Below, piece after piece: positions 44,565-55,259 of a stretch of 64,000 nucleotides of DNA. Position 1 is the stretch's first letter. Each line of letters opens with the position of its first letter. Origin of the DNA: Mesorhizobium sp. Lineage in GTDB: Bacteria > Pseudomonadota > Alphaproteobacteria > Rhizobiales > Rhizobiaceae. The position numbers were made by a program, and so were the translations under genes. The notes under the pieces were generated by a model that saw only the letters and a list, made by a program, of their open reading frames with translations, did not search any database and was not told the DNA's origin. The stretch lies in the NCBI GenBank assembly GCA_017306545.1, contig JAFKID010000012.1, positions 24,458-88,457 of the forward strand. The letters run 5' to 3'.

Positions 44565-46010
44565 ATGGCGAATGAAAAATGGCCCGTCTACGGTGAGATT
44601 ACCGGCCCCGTCGTGATGATCGGCTTCGGCTCGATCGGTCGCGGAACGCTTCCCCTCATCGAGCGCCATTTCAAGTTCGACAAGTCGCGCATGGTCATCA
44701 TCGACCCCAGCGAGGAAAACCGCAAGCTGGCGGACGAACGCGGCATCGCCTTCGTCAAGGAGGCCGTCACCAAGGACAACTACAAGGACCTGCTGACCCC
44801 GCACCTGACCAATGGCGGCGGACAGGCTTTCTGCGTCAACCTGTCGGTGGACACCGGTTCGGTCGACCTGATGCGGCTGACCCGCAAGCTCGGTGCGCTC
44901 TATGTCGACACCGTGGTCGAGCCGTGGCTGGGCTTCTATTTCGACGCCGACGCCGACAACGCCGCGCGCACCAACTATGCGCTGCGCGAAACGCTGCTGG
45001 CTGAAAAGCGCAAGCATCCCGGCGGCACGACCGCCGTCTCCACCTGCGGCGCCAATCCCGGCATGGTGTCGTGGTTCGTCAAGCAGGCGCTGCTCAACCT
45101 TGCCGGCGATCTCGGCCTGAAGTTCGACGAGCCCGCCACCGGCGACCGCGAAGGCTGGGCCAAGTTGATGAAGAAGGCCGGCGTCAAGGGCATCCACATC
45201 GCCGAGCGCGACACCCAGCGCGCCAAGAAACCCAAGCCGATGAACGTGTTCTGGAACACCTGGTCGGTCGAGGGCTTCATTTCCGAAGGGTTGCAACCGT
45301 CGGAACTCGGCTGGGGCACGCACGAGAAATGGATGCCGAAGAATGCCCGCAAGCAGAAGCACGGCACGCAGGCGGCGATCTTCCTCGAACAGCCGGGCGC
45401 CAACACGCGCGTCCGCACCTGGGTGCCGACGGCCGGACCGCAATACGGCTACCTCGTCACCCACAACGAGGCGATCTCGATCGCCGAATTCTTCTCCGTC
45501 TATGGCAAGGACGGCAAGGTGAAGTACCGGCCGACCTGCAACTACGCCTACCATCCCTGCAACGACGCGGTGCTGTCGCTGCACGAGATGTTCGGCGCCG
45601 GCGGCAAGGCGCAGCCCGTGCTGCACGTTCTGGACGAGGACGAACTGGTCGACGGCATCGACGAACTGGGCGTGCTGCTCTACGGCCACGACAAGAACGC
45701 CTATTGGTACGGCTCCCATCTTTCGCTGAAGGACGCGCGCCGGCTGGCGCCTTACCAGAACGCGACCGGCTTGCAGGTGTCTTCCGCCGTGCTCGCCGGC
45801 ATGGTGTGGGCGCTGGAAAATCCCAATGCCGGCATCGTCGAGGCCGACGAGACGGACTATCGCCGCTGCCTCGAAGTCCAGGCGCCCTATCTCGGTCCCG
45901 TCGAGGGCTATTACACCGATTGGACGCCGCTGGAAGGCCGCCCCGGCCTGTTCGCCGAGGACCTGGACGAGAAGGACCCGTGGCAGTTCCGCAACATCCT
46001 CGTCCGATAG
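44565..46010 (+). CDS. hss: homospermidine synthase
   Basis: 481 aa. The N-terminus WPVYGEITGPVVMIGFGSIGRGTLPLIERHF matches bacterial HSS as I recall it. GAAGGAG SD lies before the ATG at 44565. Confidence 0.88.
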   Translation: MANEKWPVYGEITGPVVMIGFGSIGRGTLPLIERHFKFDKSRMVIIDPSEENRKLADERGIAFVKEAVTKDNYKDLLTPHLTNGGGQAFCVNLSVDTGSVDLMRLTRKLGALYVDTVVEPWLGFYFDADADNAARTNYALRETLLAEKRKHPGGTTAVSTCGANPGMVSWFVKQALLNLAGDLGLKFDEPATGDREGWAKLMKKAGVKGIHIAERDTQRAKKPKPMNVFWNTWSVEGFISEGLQPSELGWGTHEKWMPKNARKQKHGTQAAIFLEQPGANTRVRTWVPTAGPQYGYLVTHNEAISIAEFFSVYGKDGKVKYRPTCNYAYHPCNDAVLSLHEMFGAGGKAQPVLHVLDEDELVDGIDELGVLLYGHDKNAYWYGSHLSLKDARRLAPYQNATGLQVSSAVLAGMVWALENPNAGIVEADETDYRRCLEVQAPYLGPVEGYYTDWTPLEGRPGLFAEDLDEKDPWQFRNILVR

Positions 46011-46093
46011 GCTAACCCCGCTCTCCTTGCCGCGCCTTGCAATCGCCCGGAAATCGGGCGATTGAAGGGGGCGGACCGAGGAGAGGATTCCCG

Positions 46094-46474
46094 ATGATGA
46101 CGATCGCTCACAGAATGCTTGGCGTTGGCATGGCCGGCCTCGCCGCGTTGGCGCTGGCCGCCTGCACCACCGCCGGTCCCGGCGAACCGCTGCCGAAAGC
46201 AGCGCCGAAGGGCGTCGAGGGTTCGTGGATCGATGCGCAGGGCACCGGCCTGTCCACCCTGACGGCGGGCCGCTTCCAGACGGTCGCCACCGACACCGGC
46301 CAGAAGCTCGCCGACGGCAGCTACAAGCTGACCGGCGCCACCTCGGTCGAGATAACCGGCACCTCGCTGATCCGGCAAGCGCCCATCAGCTTCAACTGCC
46401 TGCTCGTCTCGACCAGCCAGCTCAACTGCACCAGCGCGACCGGACAAAATTTCGTACTCACCCGCCGCTCGTAA
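46094..46474 (+). CDS. omp10: Omp10-like outer-membrane lipoprotein
   Basis: 126 aa. Lipobox LALAAC|TT, with GVEGSWID... and NCLLVSTSQLNCTSATGQNFVLTRRS, which closely resemble Brucella Omp10 as I recall it. Confidence 0.78.
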   Translation: MMTIAHRMLGVGMAGLAALALAACTTAGPGEPLPKAAPKGVEGSWIDAQGTGLSTLTAGRFQTVATDTGQKLADGSYKLTGATSVEITGTSLIRQAPISFNCLLVSTSQLNCTSATGQNFVLTRRS

Positions 46475-46491
46475 GACCGGTCCGGACCAGC

Positions 46492-46524
46492 AAGGCAGCG
46501 GGACCCCGTTCCGCTGCCTTTTTC
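46492..46524 (+). terminator. intrinsic terminator after omp10
   Basis: AAGGCAGCGG/CCGCTGCCTT stem with a 9-nt loop, then TTTTC. Confidence 0.85.
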
Positions 46525-46692
46525 GTGCCCGCGCTTCCCAGGTGCCCGGCGGCGAAGCGTCGCCCGAATCCGCTTGCCCGAATCCGCTTGCATCGCCAAA
46601 AGCGTGATGGGAACATGAAGCGGGACGGGTTGTAAAAATCCAGTCAGGCAAAGCCTGTAGAGACTGTATCGGCCTCATTCGGGAGAGGAAGA

Positions 46693-48714
46693 ATGAAGAA
46701 GATCGCTGCCATCGCCGCCCTGTCGGCTTCCGCGCTCGGCCTGTCGGCCCAGGCATCTTTCGCCGACTACACGCTGAACATCCTGCATTTCAACGATTGG
46801 CACAGCCGCATCGAGAGCAACAACAAATACGAATCGACCTGCTCGGCGGAAGAGGAGACGAAGGGCGAATGTGTCGGCGGCGCGGCGCGGCTGATCACCG
46901 CGATCCGCCAGGAGCGCGACAAGCTCAAGGGCCAGAACGTGCTGCTGCTCAACGCCGGCGACAGCTTCCAGGGCTCGCTCTTCTACACCACCTACAAGGG
47001 CGCGGCGGAAGAGGAATTCCTCAACCAGATGGGCCTTGACGCCGTCACCCTCGGCAACCATGAATTCGACGACGGCGAAACGGCGCTTGTGCCCTATCTC
47101 GACAAGGCGAAGTTCCCGGTGGTGTCGGCCAACGTGGTGCCGAACGACAAGTCCGGCGCGTACGGCAAGGTCAAGCCCTCCATCGTCGTGGAGATCGGCG
47201 GCCAGAAGATCGGCATCGTCGGCGGCATCACCAACGACACGCCCGAGATCGCCTCGCCCGGCCCCAACATCGCCATCGAGGACGACGTCAAGTCGATGAC
47301 GGCTGCGGTGGAAGCGTTGAAGGCTCAGGGCGTCAACAAGATCATCGCCGTCACCCATATCGGCTATCCGCGCGAGCGCGACGTCATCGCCAAAATCCCC
47401 GGCATCGACGTGGTCGTCGGCGGCCATTCGCATTCGCTTCTGTCCAACACCGACCCGAAGGCCGAAGGGCCTTATCCGACGATGGTGGACAACCCCGACG
47501 GCTACAAGGTGCCGGTCGTGCAGGCGGCGTCCTATTCGAAATATCTCGGCGAGATAAAAATCGTCTTCGACGACAACGGCGTCGTCAAGGAAGCGAGCGG
47601 CGCCCCGATCCACCTCGACAAGTCGATCGTGCCCGACCCGCAGGTGCTCGCCCGCATCAAGGAACTCGGCGCCCCGATCGAGGAACTGAAGGCCAAGGAG
47701 GTCGGCGAAACGACGGGTGTCGTCGACGGCAGCCGCGAAACCTGCCGCGCGCGCGAATGCTCGATGGGCAACCTCGTCTCCGACGCCATCCTCGACCGGG
47801 TCAAGGATCAGGGCGTCACCATCGTCTTCTCCAACGGCGGCGGCCTGCGCGCCTCCATCGATCAGGGCAAGGTGACGATGGGCGAGGTGCTGACTGTGCT
47901 GCCCTTCCAGAACACAATCGCCACCTTCAAGTTGGACGGCAAGGATGTCGTCGCAGCGCTCGAAAACGGCACGAGCCAGCTGGAAGACGGCGCCGGCCGC
48001 TTCGCCCAGGTCGCCGGGCTGAAATATTCCTTCGACAAGTCCAAGGCGCCGGGCAGCCGCATCAGCGATGTGCTGGTGGCGGACGGCCCCAACTGGGTGC
48101 CGATCGACGAGAACAAGGAATACATCGTCGCCACCAACAATTACGTGCGCCAGGGCGGCGACGGCTACAAGGTTTTCGCCGAGAAGGCCAAGGACGCCTA
48201 CGACTACGGCCCGAGCCTGGAACAGGTGGTGGCCGACTACCTGAGCGCCCACAATCCCTACACGCCGAAGACCGAAGGCCGCATCACCGAGATCGCCGCG
48301 AACGCTGCTCCTGCGGAAGCGGCAAAGCCGGCTGAAACGACGGCGGCGGAACCCGCCAAGCCGGCCGAGGCCGCGCCCTCCATGCCGGCGCTTCCGGCCG
48401 GCTCCAGCGATATCGCAAACACGCCACCGAGCGTGCCCGCCGATGCCGCCGCACCGACCGCCAAGCCGGCTGAGACGGCTCCGGTTGAGGCGGCAAAACC
48501 CGCGGAGGCGGCTCCCGCCGAAACAGCCAAGCCGGCCGAGGCATCGGGCGCGGAAACCAGCCATGTCGTCGCCAAGGGCGACACCTATTGGGATCTGGCG
48601 GTGAAATATTACGGCGACGGCGCCAAGTGGAAGAAGATCGCCAACGCCAATCGCGGCCAGGAGCCGCGCCGCCTGCTGGTGGGCTCGACCTTGAAGATCC
48701 CGGCGGCCAAGTAA
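46693..48714 (+). CDS. 5'-nucleotidase/UDP-sugar hydrolase (UshA-like) fused to Ala/Pro-rich linker and C-terminal LysM
   Basis: 673 aa. Signal peptide, metallophosphoesterase motifs (ILHFNDWHS, NAGDSFQG, GNHEFD), a 5'-nucleotidase C-terminal domain, AKPAE-type repeats, and LysM (HVVAKGDTYWDLAVKYYGDGAKWKKIANAN). Confidence 0.9.
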   Translation: MKKIAAIAALSASALGLSAQASFADYTLNILHFNDWHSRIESNNKYESTCSAEEETKGECVGGAARLITAIRQERDKLKGQNVLLLNAGDSFQGSLFYTTYKGAAEEEFLNQMGLDAVTLGNHEFDDGETALVPYLDKAKFPVVSANVVPNDKSGAYGKVKPSIVVEIGGQKIGIVGGITNDTPEIASPGPNIAIEDDVKSMTAAVEALKAQGVNKIIAVTHIGYPRERDVIAKIPGIDVVVGGHSHSLLSNTDPKAEGPYPTMVDNPDGYKVPVVQAASYSKYLGEIKIVFDDNGVVKEASGAPIHLDKSIVPDPQVLARIKELGAPIEELKAKEVGETTGVVDGSRETCRARECSMGNLVSDAILDRVKDQGVTIVFSNGGGLRASIDQGKVTMGEVLTVLPFQNTIATFKLDGKDVVAALENGTSQLEDGAGRFAQVAGLKYSFDKSKAPGSRISDVLVADGPNWVPIDENKEYIVATNNYVRQGGDGYKVFAEKAKDAYDYGPSLEQVVADYLSAHNPYTPKTEGRITEIAANAAPAEAAKPAETTAAEPAKPAEAAPSMPALPAGSSDIANTPPSVPADAAAPTAKPAETAPVEAAKPAEAAPAETAKPAEASGAETSHVVAKGDTYWDLAVKYYGDGAKWKKIANANRGQEPRRLLVGSTLKIPAAK

Positions 48715-48735
48715 GGCGTCGGCTTCGTCCCTTCG

Positions 48736-48770
48736 CACCCGCCCTTGATCGGGCGGGTGTTTCCATTTTC
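48736..48770 (+). terminator. intrinsic terminator
   Basis: CACCCGCCC-TTGATC-GGGCGGGTG followed by TTTCCATTTTC. Confidence 0.85.
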
Positions 48771-48874
48771 GGCGGGTGCGGCCAGACGCGGCATTTGAAT
48801 CGATGGCCGATTTGGCTAGATCGTCAGGCAGATAGACAAGGATTCACGGCACGCAATCCGTCCGGAGAAGAAAG

Positions 48875-49936
48875 ATGCCATCAGTCGATACCGCTGCCGT
48901 TCCCGGCGCGCCTGCAAATGCGGCGCGGGCAACGTCTTCCGCATCCGCTGCGGAAAAGGTCGGCGTCATGCTGCTCAATCTCGGCACGCCGGACGGCACG
49001 GACTACTGGCCGATGTGGCGCTATCTGCGCGAATTTCTCTCCGATCCGCGCATCATCGAACTCAACAAGGCGATCTGGTATCCGATCCTCTACGGGCTGG
49101 TGCTGACGACGCGGCCGCAGAAGTCCGGCGCCAACTACGCGCGCATCTGGAACCGCGAGAAGAACGAGTCGCCGCTGCACACCTTCACCCGCGCGCAGGC
49201 GGAGAAGCTTGCCCCGGCGCTGGCCGACCTGCCGAACGTAACGGTCGACTGGGCCATGCGCTACGGCAACCCGTCCACTGCCAGCGTCGCCGAAAAGCTG
49301 GTGGCGAAAGGCTGCGACCGCCTGCTCGCCTTCCCGCTCTATCCGCAATATTCGGCCACCACCACGGCGACCGCCAACGATCAGCTTTTCCGCGCTCTGG
49401 CGACAATGCGGCGAGCGCCTGCGGTGCGCAGCGTACCGCCCTATTATGCCGAGCCCGTCTATATCGAGGCGCTGGCCGCCTCGATCCAAAAGCATCTCGC
49501 GACGCTCGACTCCGAGCCGGAGGTGGTCATCACCTCCTACCACGGCATCCCGAAACCGTATTCGGAGAAGGGCGACCCCTATCATCAGCACTGTCTTGAA
49601 ACGACGCGGCTGCTGCGCGCAAAGCTCGGCTGGGACGAGAAGAAGCTGATCGCCACCTTCCAGTCACGCTTCGGCGCGCAGGAATGGCTGCAACCCTATA
49701 CCGACAAGACGGTGGAGAAGCTGGCGAGGGAAGGCGTCAGGCGTATCGCCATCGTCAATCCCGGCTTTTCGGTCGATTGCATCGAGACGCTGGACGAAAT
49801 CGGCCGCGAGGTGCGCGACGAGTTCCTGCATGCCGGCGGCGAGAAGTTCTCGCACATCCCCTGCCTCAACGACAGTCCCGAGGGCATGCACGTCATCGAG
49901 ACGCTGGTGCGCCGCGAACTGGCCGGCTGGGCCTGA
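48875..49936 (+). CDS. hemH: ferrochelatase
   Basis: 353 aa with VGVMLLNLGTPDG, LYPQYS and SYHGIP motifs. Confidence 0.93.
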   Translation: MPSVDTAAVPGAPANAARATSSASAAEKVGVMLLNLGTPDGTDYWPMWRYLREFLSDPRIIELNKAIWYPILYGLVLTTRPQKSGANYARIWNREKNESPLHTFTRAQAEKLAPALADLPNVTVDWAMRYGNPSTASVAEKLVAKGCDRLLAFPLYPQYSATTTATANDQLFRALATMRRAPAVRSVPPYYAEPVYIEALAASIQKHLATLDSEPEVVITSYHGIPKPYSEKGDPYHQHCLETTRLLRAKLGWDEKKLIATFQSRFGAQEWLQPYTDKTVEKLAREGVRRIAIVNPGFSVDCIETLDEIGREVRDEFLHAGGEKFSHIPCLNDSPEGMHVIETLVRRELAGWA

Positions 49937-50065
49937 AGACAAGAGCTGCCGCCAGACCGGGCGGCCGGACAGCTTGCGATTGTAACGCTGCCCAATCCCC
50001 CCTAAGTGTCTTTATGACCGGTCGCCGCGGATAGGCCGCGCCGCCGATTATGAGGGGAGTAGCGA

Positions 50066-51019
<954 letters not shown>

Positions 51020-51034
51020 GCGCGGAGGCCGGCT

Positions 51035-51502
51035 ATGCTGGAGCGCATCGTCGCCGAACTCGGGCCGTGGAACTGGATGGTCCTCGGCTTCGTCCTGCTG
51101 ATGCTGGAGATCGCCGTCCCGGGTGTCTTCCTGCTGTGGATCGGCATCGCGGCGCTGATCGTGGGCGCCGCCTCGCTGGCACTGTGGGACGCCGCCTTCT
51201 GGACGTGGCAGGTGCAAGTCCTCGTCTTTCTCGTCCTGTCGCTGGTGTCGGCCTATGTCGGCAAGCAGATCGTCCGAGGGCGCGAAGGCGAGAGCGACCA
51301 GCCGCTGCTCAACCGGCGCGGCGCGCAGATGATCGGCCGCACGGCGACGCTCTCGGAACCCATCCGCGATGGCCGCGGCCGCATCCAGCTCGGCGACACG
51401 CTGTGGCGCGTCTCCGGCCCCGACCTGCCCGCCGGCGCGCGCGTCAAGGTTACGGGCGCCACCGACACCGACCTGGAACTGACCGTCGAGCCGCTTCCGT
51501 AA
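51035..51502 (+). CDS. NfeD-family membrane protein
   Basis: 155 aa. TM segments followed by a C-terminal OB-fold-like segment (GRIQLGDTLWRVSG). It is the classical partner of the upstream SPFH gene. Confidence 0.85.
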   Translation: MLERIVAELGPWNWMVLGFVLLMLEIAVPGVFLLWIGIAALIVGAASLALWDAAFWTWQVQVLVFLVLSLVSAYVGKQIVRGREGESDQPLLNRRGAQMIGRTATLSEPIRDGRGRIQLGDTLWRVSGPDLPAGARVKVTGATDTDLELTVEPLP

Positions 51503-51512
51503 GGCCGGGCTT

Positions 51513-52496
51513 TTACGCAGCCCCGATGCGCAACAGATCGTGGAAATGCACCACGCCGATCGGCCGCTCGCCCTCGACCACCACCAGCGCGCCGATCTTG
51601 TTTTCGTTGAGGTAGGCGATCGCCGCGCCCGCCGACATGTCGGGCGACACAGTCTTGGGCCGGCGCGTCATCACCTCGTCCACCGCCACGTCCTTGAGGT
51701 TGCGGTGGAGGTTGCGGGCGACGTCGCCGTCGGTGACGATGCCGGCCAGCAGGCCTGCCTCGTCGACGATGACGACGCAACCGACCTTCTTGTTGGAGAG
51801 CGTCATCACCGCTTCCGGCATCTTGGTGCCGAGCGGCACCAGCGGAATGGCGTCGCCGGTGCGCATCACTTTCGACAGGTGCGTCAGCGTGGCGCCCAGC
51901 TTGCCGCCGGGGTGATAACCGAGGAAGTCTTCCGGCGTGAAACCGCGCGCTTCCAAAAGCGCCATCGCCAGCGCATCGCCGACCGTCAGTTGCAACAGCG
52001 CCGAAGTGGTCGGCGCCAGCCCGTGCGGGCAGGCTTCGGCCGCCTTGGGCAAGGCCAGCAGCACATCGGCCTCGCGCGCCAGCGACGAATGCTCGCCCGC
52101 GGTCAGCGCGATCAGCGGGATGCCGAAGCGGCGCGAATAGCCGACGATGCCGCGCAACTCCGCACTCTCTCCTGACCACGACATGGCAAGGATGGCGTCG
52201 TCCGGCGTGATCATGCCGAGATCGCCATGATTGGCCTCGACGGGGTGGACGAAAAAGGCCGGCGTGCCGGTGGAGGCCAGCGTGGCGGCGATCTTGGAAC
52301 CGATATGGCCGCTCTTGCCGACACCGGAGACGATGACGCGCCCCCGGATGCCGGCGATAAGCGCCACGGCGTCGGCAAAGGGTTCGGCCAATCCGTCACC
52401 GAGCGCCTCCGACAGCAGCGCCATGCCCGCCTGTTCGGTCGAAACCGTCCGCAACGCCGAAGCGATCGAAGCCTGCCGGTTGGGTTTCCTGTTCAT
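51513..52496 (-). CDS. kpsF: arabinose-5-phosphate isomerase (KpsF/GutQ, SIS + CBS pair)
   Basis: 327 aa from MNRKPN, with SIS motif VSGVGKSGHIG and a C-terminal CBS pair. Confidence 0.9.
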   Translation of the reverse strand: MNRKPNRQASIASALRTVSTEQAGMALLSEALGDGLAEPFADAVALIAGIRGRVIVSGVGKSGHIGSKIAATLASTGTPAFFVHPVEANHGDLGMITPDDAILAMSWSGESAELRGIVGYSRRFGIPLIALTAGEHSSLAREADVLLALPKAAEACPHGLAPTTSALLQLTVGDALAMALLEARGFTPEDFLGYHPGGKLGATLTHLSKVMRTGDAIPLVPLGTKMPEAVMTLSNKKVGCVVIVDEAGLLAGIVTDGDVARNLHRNLKDVAVDEVMTRRPKTVSPDMSAGAAIAYLNENKIGALVVVEGERPIGVVHFHDLLRIGAA

Positions 52497-52599
52497 CGGC
52501 GCTCCTGCAAACATGACCACGCGCTTACTGCTTCGGTCCCGTTTTGTCCAATGCAATCGCCGTGGCCGGCAGCGCCGCGAGGGGCACTCTCAACCGTCC

Positions 52600-52608
52600 G
52601 TTAACCAT
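52600..52608 (+). promoter_or_regulatory. GTTAACCAT motif in the kpsF / OMP divergent intergenic region
   Basis: Exact TTAACCAT at 52601-52608. The 16-mer ACCGTCCGTTAACCAT (52593-52608) is identical to 135-150. Confidence 0.35.
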
Positions 52609-52658
52609 CCCGATTTACGGTCCGGTAAGCATGGCGCGCGCGCGCCGCCGAGGTGACG

Positions 52659-54344
52659 ATGTCGCATGCCGAGCCCCGATTTCCACGCCGCAGGCGCCGA
52701 AAGGCCGCCTGCGCGCTGCTTTTGGCGGCGGTCGCCTGGCCGTCCGTGCTGGCGGCCCAGGAAACGGGCCTGAGCGCCGCCACGGATGCTTCGGCGCCTT
52801 CGACGAACAACGCCGCCGCCCCCGGTCAAACCAGGCAGAAGCCGGCGTCCGGCGCCGCATCGGCTGCCGCAGCCGCTGCGGCCGTCCCTGCCTACCAGCC
52901 CGTCAGCCCCGGCGCCGTTCCGGATGCGCCGGCCCCCGCAGCCGCCAACGCCGACGACGGCAGCCCGCTCGCCGACGACGGCACGTCGCTCACTGACGAC
53001 GGCAGCGCCGACGATTCCGCCGGCACCACGCCCACCACGTCAGCTCTGCCCACACGCCGGCCGGCGAGCAAGGTCGATGCGGCGGCCGACGACACGCCCC
53101 AGCCGACGAACGAGCGGCAGCGGACCATCGACTACGCCGACCGCCAGCCGCTCGACCCGCGCGCCGACCGGACGGCCGCCATCGAGACGCCGCGCCCCAA
53201 GCCGGAAGACGATCCCTTCGCGCCGGTCGGCATCCCGTTCGGCACCTTCGTGCTGCGTCCCTCGATCGAGCAGGGGCTGACGGCGACGAGCAACGCCAAC
53301 AACGCCCCCGGCGGCACGTCGGCCGTCCTGTCGGAAACGACGCTGCGCCTCAACGCCACCTCCGACTGGGCATCGAACTCGGCGACGATCGATGCCCTCG
53401 GCAATCTTCGCGAAAGCCTGTCGGGCGCGAGCCTGCATGACGCGAGCGGCAGCATCAACGGTACGCTCAACCTCGACCTCGAGAACGAATGGCGCGCCAC
53501 CGCCAAGGCCGGCTACGAGATCGCGCCGGAATCGGCGTCCTCCCCGGTCGTCATCGGCGACGTCGCCTCGCAGCCGACACGCCAGTCCTTCGACGGCAGC
53601 CTGGCCATCAGCAAAGACATCGGCAAGCTGCGATTCGGCCTGACGGGGGCGGCGGCGCGCGACACCTACGGCGATGCGAGCCTTCTGGGCGGCGGCGTGC
53701 TGTCGCAGAAAGACCGCAACGAAACCCTCTACACGACGACGCTGCGCGGCGGTTACGCCATTTCGCCGGCACTGACGCCGTTCGCGGAAGTCGAGGTCGG
53801 CCGCCGGCTCTACGACCAGCGCATCGACGACGACGGCTACCAGCGCTCCGCCAACCGCCTCGGTATCCGCGCGGGAACCGAACTGGACCTCGGCGAAAAG
53901 CTGAACGGCGAAATCTCGGCCGGCTGGCTGAGCGAGAGCCCGGACGACGCAAGGCTGGCGGCGATCTCCGGCGCCTCGGTCAACGCCGACCTCAAATGGT
54001 CGCCCGAACGCGGCACGGTCATCGGCCTGGCCGGCACCACCACCGTCGAAGGAACGACGACGCCCGGCGAAACAGGCGACCTGCTCTATTCCGGCCAGTT
54101 GACCGCTGAGCGCCGCATCCGCTCCGACCTCACAGCCAACGCCGCGCTCGGCCTCGGCTGGCGTACCTATACCGGCACGGACGGCCACGACATGATCATG
54201 AGCGCCGAAGCCGGCCTGACCTGGTGGCTGAACCGCTATGTCGGCCTGAGCACGAAAGCCCGCTACGAAAAACTGGAGTCGAATCTGCCGGGCCGCAACT
54301 ACGATTCCGCCTCCATCTTCGCCGGCATCAAGGTGCAGCGCTAA
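52659..54344 (+). CDS. outer-membrane beta-barrel protein with Ala/Pro/Asp-rich N-terminal region
   Basis: Signal peptide (ALLLAAVAWPSVLAAQ), about 190 aa of low complexity, then alternating beta-strand pattern to the C-terminus. The ATG at 52659 follows GAGG. An alternative GTG start lies at 52653. Confidence 0.62.
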   Translation: MSHAEPRFPRRRRRKAACALLLAAVAWPSVLAAQETGLSAATDASAPSTNNAAAPGQTRQKPASGAASAAAAAAAVPAYQPVSPGAVPDAPAPAAANADDGSPLADDGTSLTDDGSADDSAGTTPTTSALPTRRPASKVDAAADDTPQPTNERQRTIDYADRQPLDPRADRTAAIETPRPKPEDDPFAPVGIPFGTFVLRPSIEQGLTATSNANNAPGGTSAVLSETTLRLNATSDWASNSATIDALGNLRESLSGASLHDASGSINGTLNLDLENEWRATAKAGYEIAPESASSPVVIGDVASQPTRQSFDGSLAISKDIGKLRFGLTGAAARDTYGDASLLGGGVLSQKDRNETLYTTTLRGGYAISPALTPFAEVEVGRRLYDQRIDDDGYQRSANRLGIRAGTELDLGEKLNGEISAGWLSESPDDARLAAISGASVNADLKWSPERGTVIGLAGTTTVEGTTTPGETGDLLYSGQLTAERRIRSDLTANAALGLGWRTYTGTDGHDMIMSAEAGLTWWLNRYVGLSTKARYEKLESNLPGRNYDSASIFAGIKVQR

Positions 54345-54353
54345 CCGGCGAAG

Positions 54354-55259
54354 TCACCCCCTCGCGCGGTGCAACAGCGGCTCGTAGTCGTCCAGAAGAC
54401 CCCGGATGACCCCGGCCATGCCCTGGTTGAGATCCTTGCGCCACAGCGCAAAGGCGACATTGGCCTCGATGAAGCCTTCGGGCGAACCGCAGTCGAAGGT
54501 GCGGCCCTGGTAGTGGTACCCGTAGAAAGGCTGTCGCTTCTCCAGCCGCAGCATGGCGTCGGTCAGCTGGATCTCGTTGCCGGCGCCCTTTTCCTGGCTT
54601 TCCAGGATCGAGAAGATTTCCGGCTGCAAGATGTAGCGTCCGTTGATGTAGAGATTGGACGGCGCCGTGCCCGGCTTCGGCTTCTCGACCATGCCGGTGA
54701 TGCGGAAGCCGGTATGGGTCGTCTCGCCGCGTCCGACGATGCCGTATTTGTGCGCTTCGGCCGGATCGCACTCCTGCACGGCGATGATGTTGTTGCCGGT
54801 CTGCTCGTAAAGCTCGACCATGTCGCGCATGCAGCTCTTTTCCGACTGCATGATCATGTCGGGCAGAAGCAGCGCGAAAGGCTCGTCGCCGACCAGTTCG
54901 CGCGCGCACCACACCGCGTGGCCGAGGCCGAGCGGTACCTGTTGGCGGGTGAAGCTGGTCTGGCCGGGCGACGGCTGGAGCCGCTGCAAGCGCGAGAGCT
55001 GGTCGCTTTTGCCGCGCTGCGCCAGCGTGTCGTAGAGTTCGAACTGAACGTCGAAATGGTCCTCGATGACGGCCTTGTTGCGGCCGGTGACGAAGATGAA
55101 ATGTTCGATGCCGGCTTCGCGCGCCTCATCCACGACATACTGGATGACAGGCTTGTCGACGACCGTCAGCATCTCCTTCGGAATGGCCTTGGTGGCCGGA
55201 AGGAAGCGCGTGCCGAGGCCAGCGACCGGAAAGACTGCCTTGCGAACTTTTCTCATCAT
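54354..55259 (-). CDS. galU: UTP--glucose-1-phosphate uridylyltransferase
   Basis: 301 aa with [25 protein letters not shown] and VEKP motifs. Confidence 0.93.
   Translation of the reverse strand: MMRKVRKAVFPVAGLGTRFLPATKAIPKEMLTVVDKPVIQYVVDEAREAGIEHFIFVTGRNKAVIEDHFDVQFELYDTLAQRGKSDQLSRLQRLQPSPGQTSFTRQQVPLGLGHAVWCARELVGDEPFALLLPDMIMQSEKSCMRDMVELYEQTGNNIIAVQECDPAEAHKYGIVGRGETTHTGFRITGMVEKPKPGTAPSNLYINGRYILQPEIFSILESQEKGAGNEIQLTDAMLRLEKRQPFYGYHYQGRTFDCGSPEGFIEANVAFALWRKDLNQGMAGVIRGLLDDYEPLLHRARG

Noticed and set aside
48284-48590. Repetitive GCC/GCG/CCG-rich DNA that might be taken for a tandem repeat array.
   Set aside because: It is the in-frame AKPAE-type Ala/Pro linker of the 5'-nucleotidase. 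The repeats are imperfect and have no spacer-repeat architecture.
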